Shown here: piece after piece, positions 1 through 14,354 of the stretch | How positions within the stretch are numbered: position 1 is the first letter of the stretch | Layout of the letters: every line of letters starts with the position of its first letter | DNA from: Octopus sinensis | Lineage: Eukaryota | NCBI RefSeq assembly: GCF_006345805.1 | Contig: NC_043013.1 | Span: 1,364,001-1,428,000 of the forward strand | Length of the DNA: 64,000 nt | Direction of reading: 5' to 3' | Made by a program: the position numbers and the translations under genes | The notes under the pieces: model-generated | Database searches by the model: none | What the model saw: only the letters and a program-made list of their open reading frames with translations | Told to the model about the DNA's origin: nothing

Positions 1-1322
<1,322 letters not shown>

Positions 1323-1918
1323 TATTATATATATATTATATATATATATATATGTATTTATATATATGCATGTATATATAAATAATATACATGCATATAT
1401 ACATACTTATATGTACATACTTACATCTATACTTATACACACACACACATATATAATCTATTATCTCTTTCTCTCTCACTCTTTGTCTATCGATATACAC
1501 AGGGTTGTATTAAAGTAAGTAAAAGACATGTAGATGTTTCAGAAAATAACTTGGATGTTGTTCGTGCAAACACGCTTCAGATTTGCATGTGTATCTTCAG
1601 CAAAAGCTCGTTTTAAGTCGATGCTTCTCCAGATTAACAACTTTTATACACACAATGAATACGTGCCGATATATTGGTCACAGTTTCATACACGATTGTA
1701 CTGTAGCCAATATTTTATCACGAGTGTATCATCCCGTTGTAAACAGAATGATAGTAACAGTAACATCTTACGAGAAGTTGAAGAGAGATTCTATTCTAAA
1801 ATAATTTATGAAACTTTTATGCCTTCTGGAAATTAGTTTTTAATCACATAAACACACAAAACATCAAAAAAATATATTTGTAATTTTTTAATTCGCAATT
1901 TAGAAGAAAGTGTACACA

Positions 1919-1978
<60 letters not shown>

Positions 1979-2254
1979 TACACCCCACTCCCACGCAGAG
2001 TCAACGGATGAGATCCAGAGATTCTCAGTATAAAAGTCCCATGTCTTTACAAGGGGTCAATTCCACGGGGTAAAGAATAGTTATAAGAGGGTTGAAGTTG
2101 AGCAGATATGAAGGCAATTCTGCGGATAAACATATGAGATATATTAAATATAACCCTCTGGGTATGAAATACAAAATATGTAATTATGTATAGAGGGAAA
2201 AGGAGAGAAAGCAAAAAGTGGAGACATTCATACGATGAATAGTTAAGCATAAAT

Positions 2255-2475
2255 AAGGCGGCGAGCTGGCAGAGTGGTTAGCAGGCCGGGCGAAATGTTT
2301 AGCGGCATTTCGTCTGTCTTTGCGTTCTGAGTTCAAATTTCGTCAAGGTCGACTTTGCCGTTCATCCTTTCGGAGTTGATAAATTAAGTACCAGTGAAAC
2401 ACTGGGGTCGATCTAATCGACTGGCCCCTTCCCCCAGAATTTTGGGTCTTGTGCCTAGAGTAGAAAAGAATATTT
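2255..2475 (+). mobile_element. tRNA-derived SINE family B
   Basis: ggcggcgagctggcaga..ttctgagttcaaatt..gtcgactttgcc.ttcatcctttcgg..gataaattaagtaccag. Confidence 0.9.
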
Positions 2476-2955
2476 AAGTATAAATGTATCGATACTTCTA
2501 TTAACAGATCCAACTTACACAGTACAAACGAGAGAGAAAATGAAAGGTGAAGAAGAAAGATGTTATAAGTTCAACAGATGTTTCTGGGGACTCGAGATCC
2601 ATCATAATGTTTGTAGATGTTGTTCACAACATTATGTGACCGAGTTGGGAGCAATTAATATTGATAAATCGAACCTCCTTCATCAGGGTAGGAAAGATCA
2701 CAATGAAATGCAAGATCTTTTCTGAGTTTCCAGTTTTTGCCTTCTCTCGTTTTGCATGCAAACATAATTACATATTTTATATTTCGTTAGAGTTGACCTG
2801 TGAAAACTAATAAAAGAAAAAAATACAATTATAAATGATATCGTTTGTCCTACGATCTTGGTAATGTTTTTTTCTCCCGGAAGTGTGTGGTTATTAATCA
2901 AACAATTGAAGTTACTATATGCAAATTAGTTAACGGATAGAAACTAATTACTTAC

Positions 2956-3105
2956 CATATTTAGCACACCCCCATCCCATAGCCATGCACATGTCTCCTA
3001 TTTTCGGAATATTTGGTGGACCAATAGTAATCGGTTGAAAATCTTTGCTTGGTACTGGATTGGACATTTTCAATAATGCAATATCATTGTTTTTCTTATG
3101 TAGGT
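2956..3105 (-). CDS. S1A serine protease exon with catalytic Asp102
   Basis: Acceptor tttttcag, donor gtaagt, phase 1 to 1. Translates (D)LHKKNNDIALLKMSNPVPSKDFQPITIGPPNIPKIGDMCMAMGWGCAKY(G), containing the DIALL and C...GWG motifs. Confidence 0.95.
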
Positions 3106-3254
3106 CTGAAAAACAATATTTTGGTCATTTAGAACAGTTATATTAACAATTTATGACAACGGTCGCCATTATTATTCTACCCCCCCCCCCACCACAAAAA
3201 GCAAACAAACAAAAAACGAGTGTATAAGAATTGCGTGATAAATGATTAAATTGG

Positions 3255-3465
3255 TTTCGAATTTCGGCACAAGGCCAGAAGGTTTGAAAGGAGGGGGGGG
3301 GGGCTAAGTCGATTACAGCTGGTCTAGCTGGTACTTATTTTATCGACCCGAAACGGACGAAAGGCAAAGTTGACCTTGGCGGAATTTGAACTCAGAACGT
3401 AAGGTCGGACGAAACGCCTATAAGCATTTTGTCCGGAGTGCTAACAGTTCTGCCCGTCGCCTTAC
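3255..3465 (-). mobile_element. SINE family B
   Basis: Reverse complement of the family B consensus. Confidence 0.85.
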
Positions 3466-4049
3466 AGGTAAATGATTATATTGAATATAATTAACATTAT
3501 GAAATTAGAAATCATGGCCGATGGAGTGGCAAAAACGATCGAGTGCCGCGGACAATGCCTGGCAATTTTTAGTTTAATCGATAAAATAATCATTAGAATA
3601 ATGGATTTACAGAACTGATCCAGCGGTAAGCCACAGATCTTACGTTATTATTTAGTTATGTTACTCTATGACGAATTCAAATCCTGCGGGGGGAAGAATT
3701 TGTCTTTAATCTGTCTGAGATTTATTTATTGAGGAGTTTAATGAGACGCATTCACTCGACAATATTGTTGCTTTGTATTCCGCCGAGGTCGACTTTGCCT
3801 TTCATCATTTCGGGGTCGATAAATTCAGTACCAGTTGCTTACTGTGGTCGATCTAATTGACTGGCCCCCTACCCGAAATTTCGGGCCATGTGCCTAGAGT
3901 AGAAAAGAATATTGTTGCTTTGTAAATCTGGAATATTGTCACAATGTATAAAGAAAAACCAAATTAATATAATGATTTATAACAATAGGTCAATGAACCC
4001 AAGTCAGTTTATCCATCTCCAGTGAAATCGTTCTCAACCTCCATATACT

Positions 4050-4305
4050 GGTCATCCGTCGGTTACGATCAACGGAACAGCCTGCTCCTGGAATTAACGT
4101 ACAAGCGGCTGAGCACTCCACAGACACGGATACCCTTAACGTAGTTCTCAGGGAGATTCAGCGAGGCACACAGAATGTGACAAAGCTGGCCCTCTGAAAT
4201 GCAGGTACAGCTCATTTTTGCCAGCTGGGACTCAATGCGCTGCCGGGTATCGAACTCACTATCGTGAACTGAATACCCTAACCACTAAGCCACGTGCCTT
4301 CACTA
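4050..4305 (-). mobile_element. SINE family C (C1)
   Basis: cgtcggttacga..ctcatttttgccagctg..ccctaaccactaagcc. Confidence 0.8.
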
Positions 4306-4865
4306 CTTTTACACAGCTAAGAAAAGAAAGTTACTAGAGACCAAAAGAATTAGAGGTGATCGATATAAAAGTTCGGTTTGATTTCCACACGAGGGATTTG
4401 TTCGAAAGGACATTCACTCGAATACTTTCACAATAAAATTATGTCAGAGTCAACATCATTCTTGCTCTTGCCTCCTCAAATGGTGACTCTTGTTCATCTT
4501 ATTGTATTCAAGACAGAAATAGAGTGGAACAAATTTTTCATGGCTTTTCCCAGTTCTATGGGCGAAAGACTCAAGATCAGCAGTATAAACGTACGAAACA
4601 TTATTTATATCTTTGTCCCCGCTAATTACAGTGATTAATTGCACATTCTATATCTGTTTGCGGTTAATTGGGTTGAACTAGTGAGAAGTCATTCTTTTTT
4701 GATAAAGAAGACGCCGGGAATAGTGTTGCACAGCTCAGCAAATTATTTCTCAGAATAATTAACTATATAGATGAGACAGTTCAATAACCGGGTATTAAAT
4801 TCGGCCATTTGTGCACTTAAAAAGTAAAATTTAAAACATATTTACTTTGGAAATGCAATACTCAC

Positions 4866-4935
4866 CTGCCATGACAAAACCAGGGTGATGAATGTATTTA
4901 GAAACCTCAGATACATGTGTGTCAGGACCATAGTT
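4866..4935 (-). CDS. S1A serine protease internal exon (70 nt)
   Basis: Acceptor cttttcacag, donor gtgagt, phase 0 to 1. Translates NYGPDTHVSEVSKYIHHPGFVMA (typical V..i.HP.y/f motif). Confidence 0.9.
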
Positions 4936-5233
4936 CTGTGAAAAGATATTTACATTGTATTATATAAACATGTAAGAGTGACGTAATACGGCAACATGAA
5001 TGATCGCATGGAGTAATTACTGGTCTCTCGGGCGTATTAGAGTTTTTAGCGTTTCACAGGATATTCATATGATTAATAAAAAGTTTATTTCTAAGTATTT
5101 CTTCAAATATTTATATTGCTTAAATTAGTGGCTACTGTTGAACTTCAAAATAGCCTGCAGATGTCGTTTCTGACCGGTATATTAATCAAATTACTGTATT
5201 ATTCATCATATAATGCATAATGTTAAGAATATA

Positions 5234-5798
5234 CGGGGGGGGGGGTGAGGAGTATTTAAGGACATCCAATTATCAGCTTATTACCGTCTTTGAACAAATT
5301 CAAAGTTAAAAAAAGAATTTTAATGACAGATAATATGAGAACAGAAGAAATGAAAAGACATGTAGTCATTATCGCCAAATGTGTAGAATCCAGCGATTTA
5401 GAAATCACTATCTTTCTAAATGCAGCAAGATCTTTTGTTCACAAATTTCAGGTGAAACTAGAAGACATAGAAAAGCGTTATTAGGGCAAATGAACACCTC
5501 AAATGCTAGCAGACTGTTGTCGAATTGCAGACGAACGCTCTTGGTATCTTTTTTCTTCTTCTTTTACCACGGACAAAATAACTTTGAAAGTGAATGGTTA
5601 TACCTTTCACAACATTTAATAAAATGTTGTGTATCGTATCAGATTCTTTTATACAACCCCCCCCACCGATACAAAGCAAAACAAAACAAAAAGAAACTAG
5701 TTTGGTCTTGTTACATGTCGTTAGTTGTTATCAATGATCTTTATTATATCCTTTTTTATAAATTTTGGAAAATGTCCAAATACGACACAATCTTGTAT
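5234..5798 (+). mobile_element. Tc1/mariner-superfamily relic
   Basis: MKRHVVIIA..SDLEI..FL..ARSFVHK transposase N-terminus; TIR-like ends. Confidence 0.55.
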
Positions 5799-6147
5799 TT
5801 CAAAACAATTTGCAAATATTGAAAAGTTGGTATCATCTTCGGAATAATGACCAAAGATCTTGAAGAACTGGACACATTCATACCCTAGGATAGCAAACAA
5901 ATTAACTTGATTGAAGAGTTGTTTAGTCGACGTAAGTTAAAGGAGGAAATCAAAAGCATAATTTTGTCACTTAAAAACTTTAAACCAATCTAGAAAAATA
6001 ATTATTTTTGTAAACTTCGAACCGGAGTTAAAAAATAACGAGAACAAAAATAAAACAAACGACTGGTTTCGTATTCAATATGTTCGTCTGTTAATCAGCC
6101 AAACCCTGAATAAGTGAAAACAGAAGAAACATAGAAAAAGAAATTAC

Positions 6148-6208
6148 CTCGATGTCCACGCTTCCAATTACAAGCTTCAGGTTATTTATCGAAAATAATT
6201 TGTTGTTT
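6148..6208 (-). CDS. S1A serine protease internal exon (61 nt)
   Basis: Acceptor catttcag, donor gtaatt, phase 2 to 0. Translates NNKLFSINNLKLVIGSVDIE (V.vG..d strand) and joins both neighbours in frame. Confidence 0.85.
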
Positions 6209-6250
6209 CTGAAATGTATAAATATGTAGGACGTGCAATATGTATGTATG

Positions 6251-6336
<86 letters not shown>

Positions 6337-6443
6337 AAGAGAGAGAGAGAAAGAGAGAGAGAGAGAGGAGGGGAGAAAGAAAGAAAGAGAAAGAGGAAAC
6401 ACAGAAGTTGAAAATGCACTGAGAATAATAATAAATATAATAA

Positions 6444-6523
<80 letters not shown>

Positions 6524-6526
<3 letters not shown>

Positions 6527-7950
6527 TAGTTTTATTTTCATAGTGTGCTTTCACTTCACTACCAAGCGCAGCTCTGTGTGCCTTGGGTATGTGCTGTGAT
6601 TTGTTGTGATGCTCTGATAGTTATTGTATGGAAAGTGTTCTGCGTAGGATGTGTGCAGTGCCTAGTAGTGCAATTTTCTGTATGTTATATGTGTTTGTAA
6701 GTCCTGGTGTCATTGTTATGTATTTGTTTGAATATTTTTTTATCATGCCTAATGCACCTACTATGATAGGAATTGTTTCTGTTTTTAGATTCCACATTCT
6801 GGTTACCTCTATTTCCAGGTCTTTGTATTTTGAAAGTTTCTCCATTTCTTTTAGAGACACGTTGTCATCCGCTGGTATTGATACATCAATTAGAAAGCAT
6901 TTTTTTCCTTCATGATCTCTGACAACTATATCTGGTCTGTTGGCCTTAATTTCTCTATCTGTGTGTATCGGCATATCCCAGAGTATGGTTGCTTTCTCGT
7001 TTTCTGTGACCTTTTCTGGTGTGTGCCTATACCATCTTTTTTCTGTTGTTATTCCATAATGTTGGCATAGCTTCCAGTGTATGTAGGTTCCAACTCTGTC
7101 ATGTCTGTGAATATATTCCTTCTTAGCCAGAACTGAGCAGCCAGAGATAATATGATTTATTGTTTCTTGTCCATCTCCACATATTCTGCAGTTACTTGTA
7201 ATATTTCTTTTCATTACATGTTTTTGGTAATTTCCGGTGGGGAGGCTTTGGTCTTGTACTGCAATTAAAAATCCCTCTGTTTCTGCTTTGAGTCCTGAGC
7301 TTCTCAACCATTGCTGGGATTTTTCTTTGTCTATTTCTTTTGCATTTAGTTTAGTCCAGTATTTACAATGAAGGGGCTTTTCTGGCCATCGTTTTATCAT
7401 GGTTCTTTGCTGTTCTATTTTTAGTTTGGATTTCATTTGTTTTATAGCTTTTGTTGTTTCTTTCTTTTCTTCTTTCTTCTTCTTCTCTTCTTCTTCTTAT
7501 TCTTCTTCTCTTCTTCTTCTTCCTTCTTCTTCTTCTTCTTCTTTTCTTTTCTTCTTCTTCTTCTCTTCTTCTTCTTCTTCTTCTTCTTCATATTTATTAG
7601 GTGGTATGATTTCTTGTTTGTATTTGTCAGCTTCCTTAAATACTGAGAACAGTTTTTTGTTTTGCTCGTGTTTTGCCGCTATTTGTATCAGTTTTCCTTC
7701 CTTCTGAAGTAGATATATTTGCAATCCTGGTTATTTTATAGTAGTTTTCCAGCTGTATAAGGCCTCTACCACCTTCTATACGTTGTATATATAGTCTTTC
7801 TATGTCAGATTTTGGGTGATGCATCCTAGATCCTGTCATTATTTTTCTTGTTTTCCTATCTATTTTGGTCAGTTCATTTAGTGTCCAGTTAAGGATATTG
7901 TAGCTGCAGCTTATAACTGGGACAGCTAAAGTGTTAATCCCTATTGTCTT
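6524..7950 (-). mobile_element. R4/Dong-like non-LTR retrotransposon (RLE endonuclease), 5'-truncated, family 1
   Basis: ORF 6621-7436 has a CRIC..ETINHIISGC zinc knuckle, RHD, NRPDIV and FLIDVSIP..KE.EK..KY RLE motifs. Interrupted by (TTC)n; (ATT)n on both sides. Confidence 0.92.
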
Positions 7951-7982
7951 GTTTTATTATTTATCTTGTTTTATTATTATTA

Positions 7983-8057
<75 letters not shown>

Positions 8058-8080
8058 CATTATTATCATTATTATTATTA

Positions 8081-8129
<49 letters not shown>

Positions 8130-8160
8130 CATTATTATTATTATATTATTATTATTATTA

Positions 8161-8227
<67 letters not shown>

Positions 8228-8367
8228 CATTATTATTATTATTATTATTATTATCATTATTATTATTATTATATTATTATTATTATTATCATCATTATTA
8301 TTTTATTATTATCATATTATTATTATTATCATTATTATTATCATTATTATTATTATTATTATTATTA

Positions 8368-8401
<34 letters not shown>

Positions 8402-8495
8402 CATATTATTATTATTATCATTATTATTATTATTATATTATTATTATTATTATTAATTATTATTATTATTATGATTATTATTATTATTATTATTA

Positions 8496-8538
<43 letters not shown>

Positions 8539-8555
8539 CATCATTATTATTATTA

Positions 8556-8601
<46 letters not shown>

Positions 8602-8682
8602 CATTATTTTATTATCATTATTATTATTATCATTATTATTATTATCATTATTATTATTTTATTATTATTATTATTATTATTA

Positions 8683-8725
<43 letters not shown>

Positions 8726-8757
8726 CATCATCATTATTATTATCATTATTATTATTA

Positions 8758-8788
<31 letters not shown>

Positions 8789-9019
8789 CATTATTATTAT
8801 TATTTTTATTATTATTATCATCATTATTATTATTATTATCATTATATTATTATCATTATATTATTATTATTATTATTATTATCATTATTATTATATTATT
8901 ATTATTATTCATCATTATTATTATTATTATCATTATATTATTATCATCATTATTATTTATTATTATTATTATTATTATCATTATTATTATTATTATTATC
9001 ATCATTATTATTATTATTA

Positions 9020-9052
<33 letters not shown>

Positions 9053-9123
9053 CATTATTATTATTATCATTATTATTATTATCATTATTATTATTATCAT
9101 TATTATTATTATTATTATTATTA

Positions 9124-9157
<34 letters not shown>

Positions 9158-9272
9158 CATCATTATTATTATTATTATCATTATTATTATTATTATTATT
9201 ATCATTATATTATTATTATTATTATTATTATCATTATTATTATTATCATTATTATTATTATTATTATTATTA

Positions 9273-9315
<43 letters not shown>

Positions 9316-9383
9316 CATCATTATTATTATTATTATCATTATTATTATTATTATTATCATTAATATTATTATTATCATTATTA

Positions 9384-9416
<33 letters not shown>
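7951..9416. repeat. ~1.45-kb degenerate (ATT)n microsatellite with ATC interruptions
   Basis: Direct reading; source of the poly-I/L/Y ORFs. Confidence 0.98.
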
Positions 9417-9589
9417 TTAAAGCTTTAACCGGTTTCACATTTTATGCTAATTTTCAAAAAGTTGCAATAGAAAGACGTGGTTTATGACGCAGCTGTTTGC
9501 TTCTGGCTAGTGTTTGAAGCTATTTTTATAGGGAATTTATGGCTCAAACTGGTATATAAAAATGACTCTATTAAAATAGGGCGAGGTTC

Positions 9590-9850
9590 AAACACCAGAC
9601 AGAAGCAAGATACATGCGACAAAAACCATGGTAAACTGTGAAACCAGTTAAAGTCTGTCCAGCAGCTCTACGGCATCATCAACAACGACTCCAACAGCTC
9701 GATGAGAGTCATCACTGAGAAGCTGAAGATGGTGAAGTCCACTGCCAGACTAATGCTGCGCGAGGACATCAGATACAAGCATAGGTAATAAGTAGAGGGT
9801 AGTTAGTGTCTAGCAAGAGCTGAGAAAATCGTGTGATCCGGTTGAAAAAC
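9590..9850 (+). mobile_element. Tc1/mariner relic, probably the same family
   Basis: QQLYGIINND..SMRVI..L..EDIRYK segment. Confidence 0.5.
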
Positions 9851-9899
9851 TTATATATTCATATCATCTCAACTGATTGTTCTCGTTGTGAAGTTTTCA

Positions 9900-10115
9900 T
9901 GGAGCAAAAGGAGAAAGTGTGTATTTCTTCAACAGTCGAGTAATTGTGTATTAGAAAAAGAGAGGAGGTAAATTTAGACCAAAAGGCATGAGAAAGCTGA
10001 GTTCCCTCCGGAAGCGAGCGTTGGGAGATTCGATGTTTGAAGCGAAACCGAAGACCGGGAGGTGTTGGGTAAAGCGGTTAGTAGAGCAGAAGTGTCGAGA
10101 GACAGGTGATCTGTT
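9900..10115 (-). mobile_element. Penelope-like GIY-YIG C-terminal relic
   Basis: RHFCSTNRFTQHLPVFGF..RFRRE..PFGLN, similar to the 34.5 kb copy. Confidence 0.5.
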
Positions 10116-10129
10116 GTCAGACATACATA

Positions 10130-10430
10130 CTTGCTTACTTACTTGATCTCTCCTGATAGAATCGCAAAAGCAACGTTTTGTTGTGCATCACTATGCTCCA
10201 TCATGGGCTCTCTGCTGAGGATTTGTTTCTCCATTCCTTGATGTATTTCACCCTTTCGTCTGTCAGCTTTTCTTTCTTCCAACCCCTACAGTTTCTTTAC
10301 TAATCTACTGGAACTTGTCACATAGTTATACCTGCAGTTATTCTTCGTTGTGAAGTTATCATGGTGGCTATGTCATAATGGATGGTTTCACGCCGCTGCT
10401 CGCTTATGGTATGATCCGAACGTAATATGC
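10130..10430 (-). mobile_element. RTE-type LINE 3' end
   Basis: ..IKEW.. segment, 3' end ggagagatcaag followed by a (TAAG)n-like tail. Confidence 0.5.
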
Positions 10431-11061
10431 CTGAGACACTAGTGGAACATCTAATATCTAATGATTATCTTATCTTTGAATTTTCTCAGAGAGATATGGA
10501 AACACACACACACACACATACACACACATGCACACACACATACACACACACACACATGCACACACACATACACACACACACACGCATATAGTTACGATAG
10601 GTTATGAGGGATATACGGACCTGGTCGAAAATATTTTAACTTCATGAGTCAATGCAATCATTAACAATTAGTAGCTTATAAGAGAAACTGGTTGGATTAT
10701 TTTTTTATCCAATCACCTCAGGATATCAGTGATTGATATTTTTTAAATAGCTACTATTAAAGTCAAAGCTAATGTTAATTGTTATTGGAATTAAAGTTGA
10801 TATTGTTAAGAGGTTATCATTTGTTGACTTTCTGGCAAGCTGGTCTTTCAATGAAGACGTATTTAACCAGCTGCTGCAATAGATTATTATTATTTTTTTT
10901 TTTTTTAGTTCATAACTCTTTTTAAAGCCACCAAATTTGCACGACTCAAATGTTAACTGATCGGAAATGCTCGATTATAACTTCACAGAAATATGGTGCT
11001 GTTGAAGAATGGCGAATACTCCAGAGAAAAACACCTTGCAATCTACGTTTATACCGTTCGT

Positions 11062-11440
11062 GGAGGCGCAATGGCTCAGTGGTTAGGACAGCAGACTCGG
11101 GGTCGTAGGATTGCGGTTTCGATTCCTAGACAGGGCGTTGTGAGTGTTTATTGAGCGGAAACACCTAAAGCTCTACGAGGCTCCGGCAGGGGGTGTTGGC
11201 GAATCCTGCTGTATTCCTTCATCACAACTTTTTCTCACTCTTTCTTCCTGTTTCTGTGGCACCTGTATTTCAAAGGGCCAGCCCTGTCACACTCTGTGTC
11301 ACGCTGAATCTCCCCGAGAACTTCGTTAAGGGTACACGCGTCTGTGGAGTGCTCAGTCACTTGCACGTTAATTTCACGAGCAGGCTGTTCCGTTGATCGG
11401 ATTAACTGGAACCTCATCGTCGTAACCGACGAAGTGCCAC
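11062..11440 (+). mobile_element. tRNA-derived SINE family C (tail C1)
   Basis: Head ggcgcaatggctcagtggttagg..ggtttcgattcc, tail cgtcgtaaccgacg.agtgcc; flanked by direct repeat tataccgtt. Confidence 0.85.
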
Positions 11441-11864
11441 GATATACCGTTTATTCAACTTGTGTCGTAAATGTCCTTCAGAATGATGTGGACGGCGTAT
11501 CTTCCCATGAAGAAAGAAACGCTGTGATATTTTAAAATAGTTTCTTTCTTAGTTTCGTACATGCTTAAGCAGGTTTTGCATTGACGACAGAAATGACATC
11601 TTCAGATAAAATAATAACTTGTACTTTATAATAAGAGGGAAGATCTCGGCACGGAAAAACTTCGATACGATTTCAGTCCCTCATAAGAAAAGGCACAATA
11701 TATTATAACCTTCCTGCCTAAAACAGAAAGTAAGGTTTTATTATATCGTGAAAAAGAAGCCAATAAAAAATAAAAAAACGTCGAGAAAAAAAGTGACTCG
11801 TTGTACAAAATGACAATATTAATCAAAATGATGCTTCTTCTTCTTCTTCTTCTTCTAAATATCT

Positions 11865-12055
11865 TTTCTACTCTAGGTATAAGGCCCGAAATTTTGGGGG
11901 AGGGGTTCCGTCGATTAGATCGACCCCAGTACGCAACCGGTACTTAATTTATCGACTCCGAAAGGATGAAATCAAAGTCGACCTCAGCAGAATTTGAACT
12001 CAGAACGTAAAAACAGACGAAATACCCGGAACGCTAACGTTTCTGCCTTGCTTCT
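11865..12055 (-). mobile_element. SINE family B
   Basis: Family B consensus, reverse strand. Confidence 0.85.
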
Positions 12056-12299
12056 TCTAAATATCGTTGAGTGGAAACTAACATGGCTTATACAGCTAGA
12101 AAATATTTAAACAATTAAAATCTACCCGTAATGAAGAGATCGTGTCGATAATTCTTAACAAGAAAGGTAAAAAAAAAACTGCGATATCTAAACTGATCCA
12201 AAATTGGATGAAAACATGTAGTAGGAAGCGAGTGACATGTTTGGCAAGTAGGGGAAGAACCCAGAGGATGTTTGGGTCTAGGACATTTCAGTGCAACGT

Positions 12300-12620
12300 A
12301 ATAGGTAAAGGGTAAAGATCTCCTTTGGTCATGAATGACCATGGGATTGCATCAAAAAAGTTCCCTTCCGAGGCACAAGTCCGAGCAGGGTTGTCTATGG
12401 AAGATCGGCAGTCACCCCTACATACCAGTATCCCCTCTCCACGCCACTGATATTATCTAAGGGAAAGGCAATGGCCGATATAGAATGGCACCAGTGACGT
12501 CACAACTCATTTCTAAAGCTGAGTGAACTGGAGCAACGTGAAATAAAGTGTCTTGCTCAAGAACACAACACACAGCCCAGTCTGGGAATCGAACTTACAA
12601 CCTCACGATTATGAGGTCGA
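12300..12620 (-). mobile_element. SINE family C (tail C2)
   Basis: Shared ctgagtgaactggagcaacgtgaaataaagtgtcttgctcaag core with a different 3' region. Confidence 0.8.
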
Positions 12621-12730
12621 CGCTCAAACCTATGAGACGTTAGGATGATTGAGAGGATAAGAATTTAGTTGTAACAACATTCATTGATTTGCTGATTAGG
12701 CAATTAGAAATAATGACATGTATTATCATT

Positions 12731-12870
12731 AACTGAAACAAACCAATTATCTGAAATCAATTAAACTGAAACCAATTAAACTGAAACCAATTAAACTGAA
12801 ACCAATTAAACTGAAACCAATTAAACTGAAACCAATTAAACAAACCAGTTAAACTGAAACAAACCAGTTG
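12731..12870 (+). repeat. 15-bp minisatellite AAACTGAAACCAATT (about 5 perfect units plus degenerate ones)
   Basis: Direct reading. Confidence 0.9.
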
Positions 12871-13912
12871 CAATCAAGTTACTTATTACTGTGTTTCCTC
12901 TTGATTTTAAGAGTAAAAGACTAAATGGAATATTCTGGCGTTTGTTCTTTTTCGAGGGAATTTGGCAGCGTAAGTGAAAGAATGTCGCCAACGGGAGATG
13001 AATGTATATCATGATGCAGTTTATTCAAAAGACTTACCATTATCCAGGAAGCTTGGTGTCAAGGAATTATAATCTTCCTCGTCTATTTATCATGTTTCTC
13101 TTTTGTAGAAGGGAAAAAACGATTCCGTATGAAATTTCTTGTTCGTGGTTTATGAGTTTAAATGCGCATCTAATATTTCGTAGTCTTACTGGATAAAAAA
13201 AAAACCTTCTCAATTCATTTAGCTCTTGAAATTAGATTCCAGATTATCTGGAAACAGACTAGTGATAGACTAGCGTTCTCTCTTCGGCTGTATGCCGTGA
13301 AAACAGAGTTAAGTTCGGATTGTATGAAACGGAAAGAAAATTATTTGCCTGTTTGTATCTTTCATTATCTCTATCCCTTCTTTTTCTTTCTTTGATTATG
13401 TATCCTTCTCTTTGAGTCTTAGATTATTAATATTCCTATCATTCCTGCTAATCTCCTTGAAAGTTTCATATTTAAAGGAGAATAAAAATGAAGTGCAATG
13501 GCTACAATCAAGAATCTTTATGCAACCACGACCGTTCTCATCTTCCGTAATGCTTCATTCTATAATTGATTCTGTTGATTGGGCATAACACCACAGGTTC
13601 ATAGAAAACTTAGTAACATAATAAATATAGACTTGGAATTATATATCACAGATGATTCAATACATATCTTTGCGTGACACTCATTATCTCTGGTAATCGA
13701 AAGCACCTGTAAACTCGGGGCCATACTATTCACCTGTTTATTGTAAAGAAACACAACGGAAAAAATAAAACAACGACAAAAAGAAAACAAAAAACAAGTT
13801 TCGCTATTATTTTCATCATTGCATTGACCCAAATTGTTGAAATATTTCCGACCCGGTTCATATAGTTTTCATTAACTGTTTTGTTAAGGTTACTTCTACA
13901 GATAAACTATAG

Positions 13913-14006
13913 AAATTATATCCAGCCTTGATTTTTGTTACAGCATTTCGTAACGAGACGTCTCGATACGAAACGATGTAGCAAAAATCAGGGCTGGCTA
14001 TAATTT
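13913..14006. repeat. 94-bp imperfect palindrome
   Basis: 47-bp arms with 6 mismatches, centred on CGAGAC|GTCTCG. Confidence 0.85.
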
Positions 14007-14354
14007 TAGTACTGGCAAAATACTGTAAAAAAACACTGCTAACACAGTGGGATGTGTTATAAAAAAAACGTTTAATATACTTTATAGTATATTATGGTTG
14101 CATAGGGAGATAACACGTGCCCACAAGCCTTATGATTTGTAGGTTAGTCTTCATAAACTATCAGTTAATACAAAATCCCAGACAGCCACACCTCGAATTT
14201 ATATTCACCTTGAATACATGACGGACATCACAGGAAAAGAAAGAAAGGGTGAGATGATGAAAAGAAGAGTTAATGCAAGTTGATATAATGAGATGTGTGG
14301 TGTTGTAAACAAGAGTGAAAGAGTCACTATCTCTTAATTTTATTTATTTATTTA

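Noticed and set aside
2668-2690. PDEGGSI as a degenerate GDSGGP (Ser195 loop)
   Set aside because: Spacing to the upstream Cys residues is wrong, the frame has stops, and no downstream GIVSWG/YT.V strands follow.
2640-2722. FPTLMKEVRFININC as the next protease exon
   Set aside because: Weak acceptor, no donor, stop shortly after.
7931-9487. Long ORFs of 518, 465 and 170 aa
   Set aside because: Translations of (ATT)n; the same applies to the poly-IY, CV, HT, NN and RE ORFs throughout the window.
12731-12870. CRISPR-like array
   Set aside because: Contiguous tandem units without unique spacers, in a eukaryotic context.
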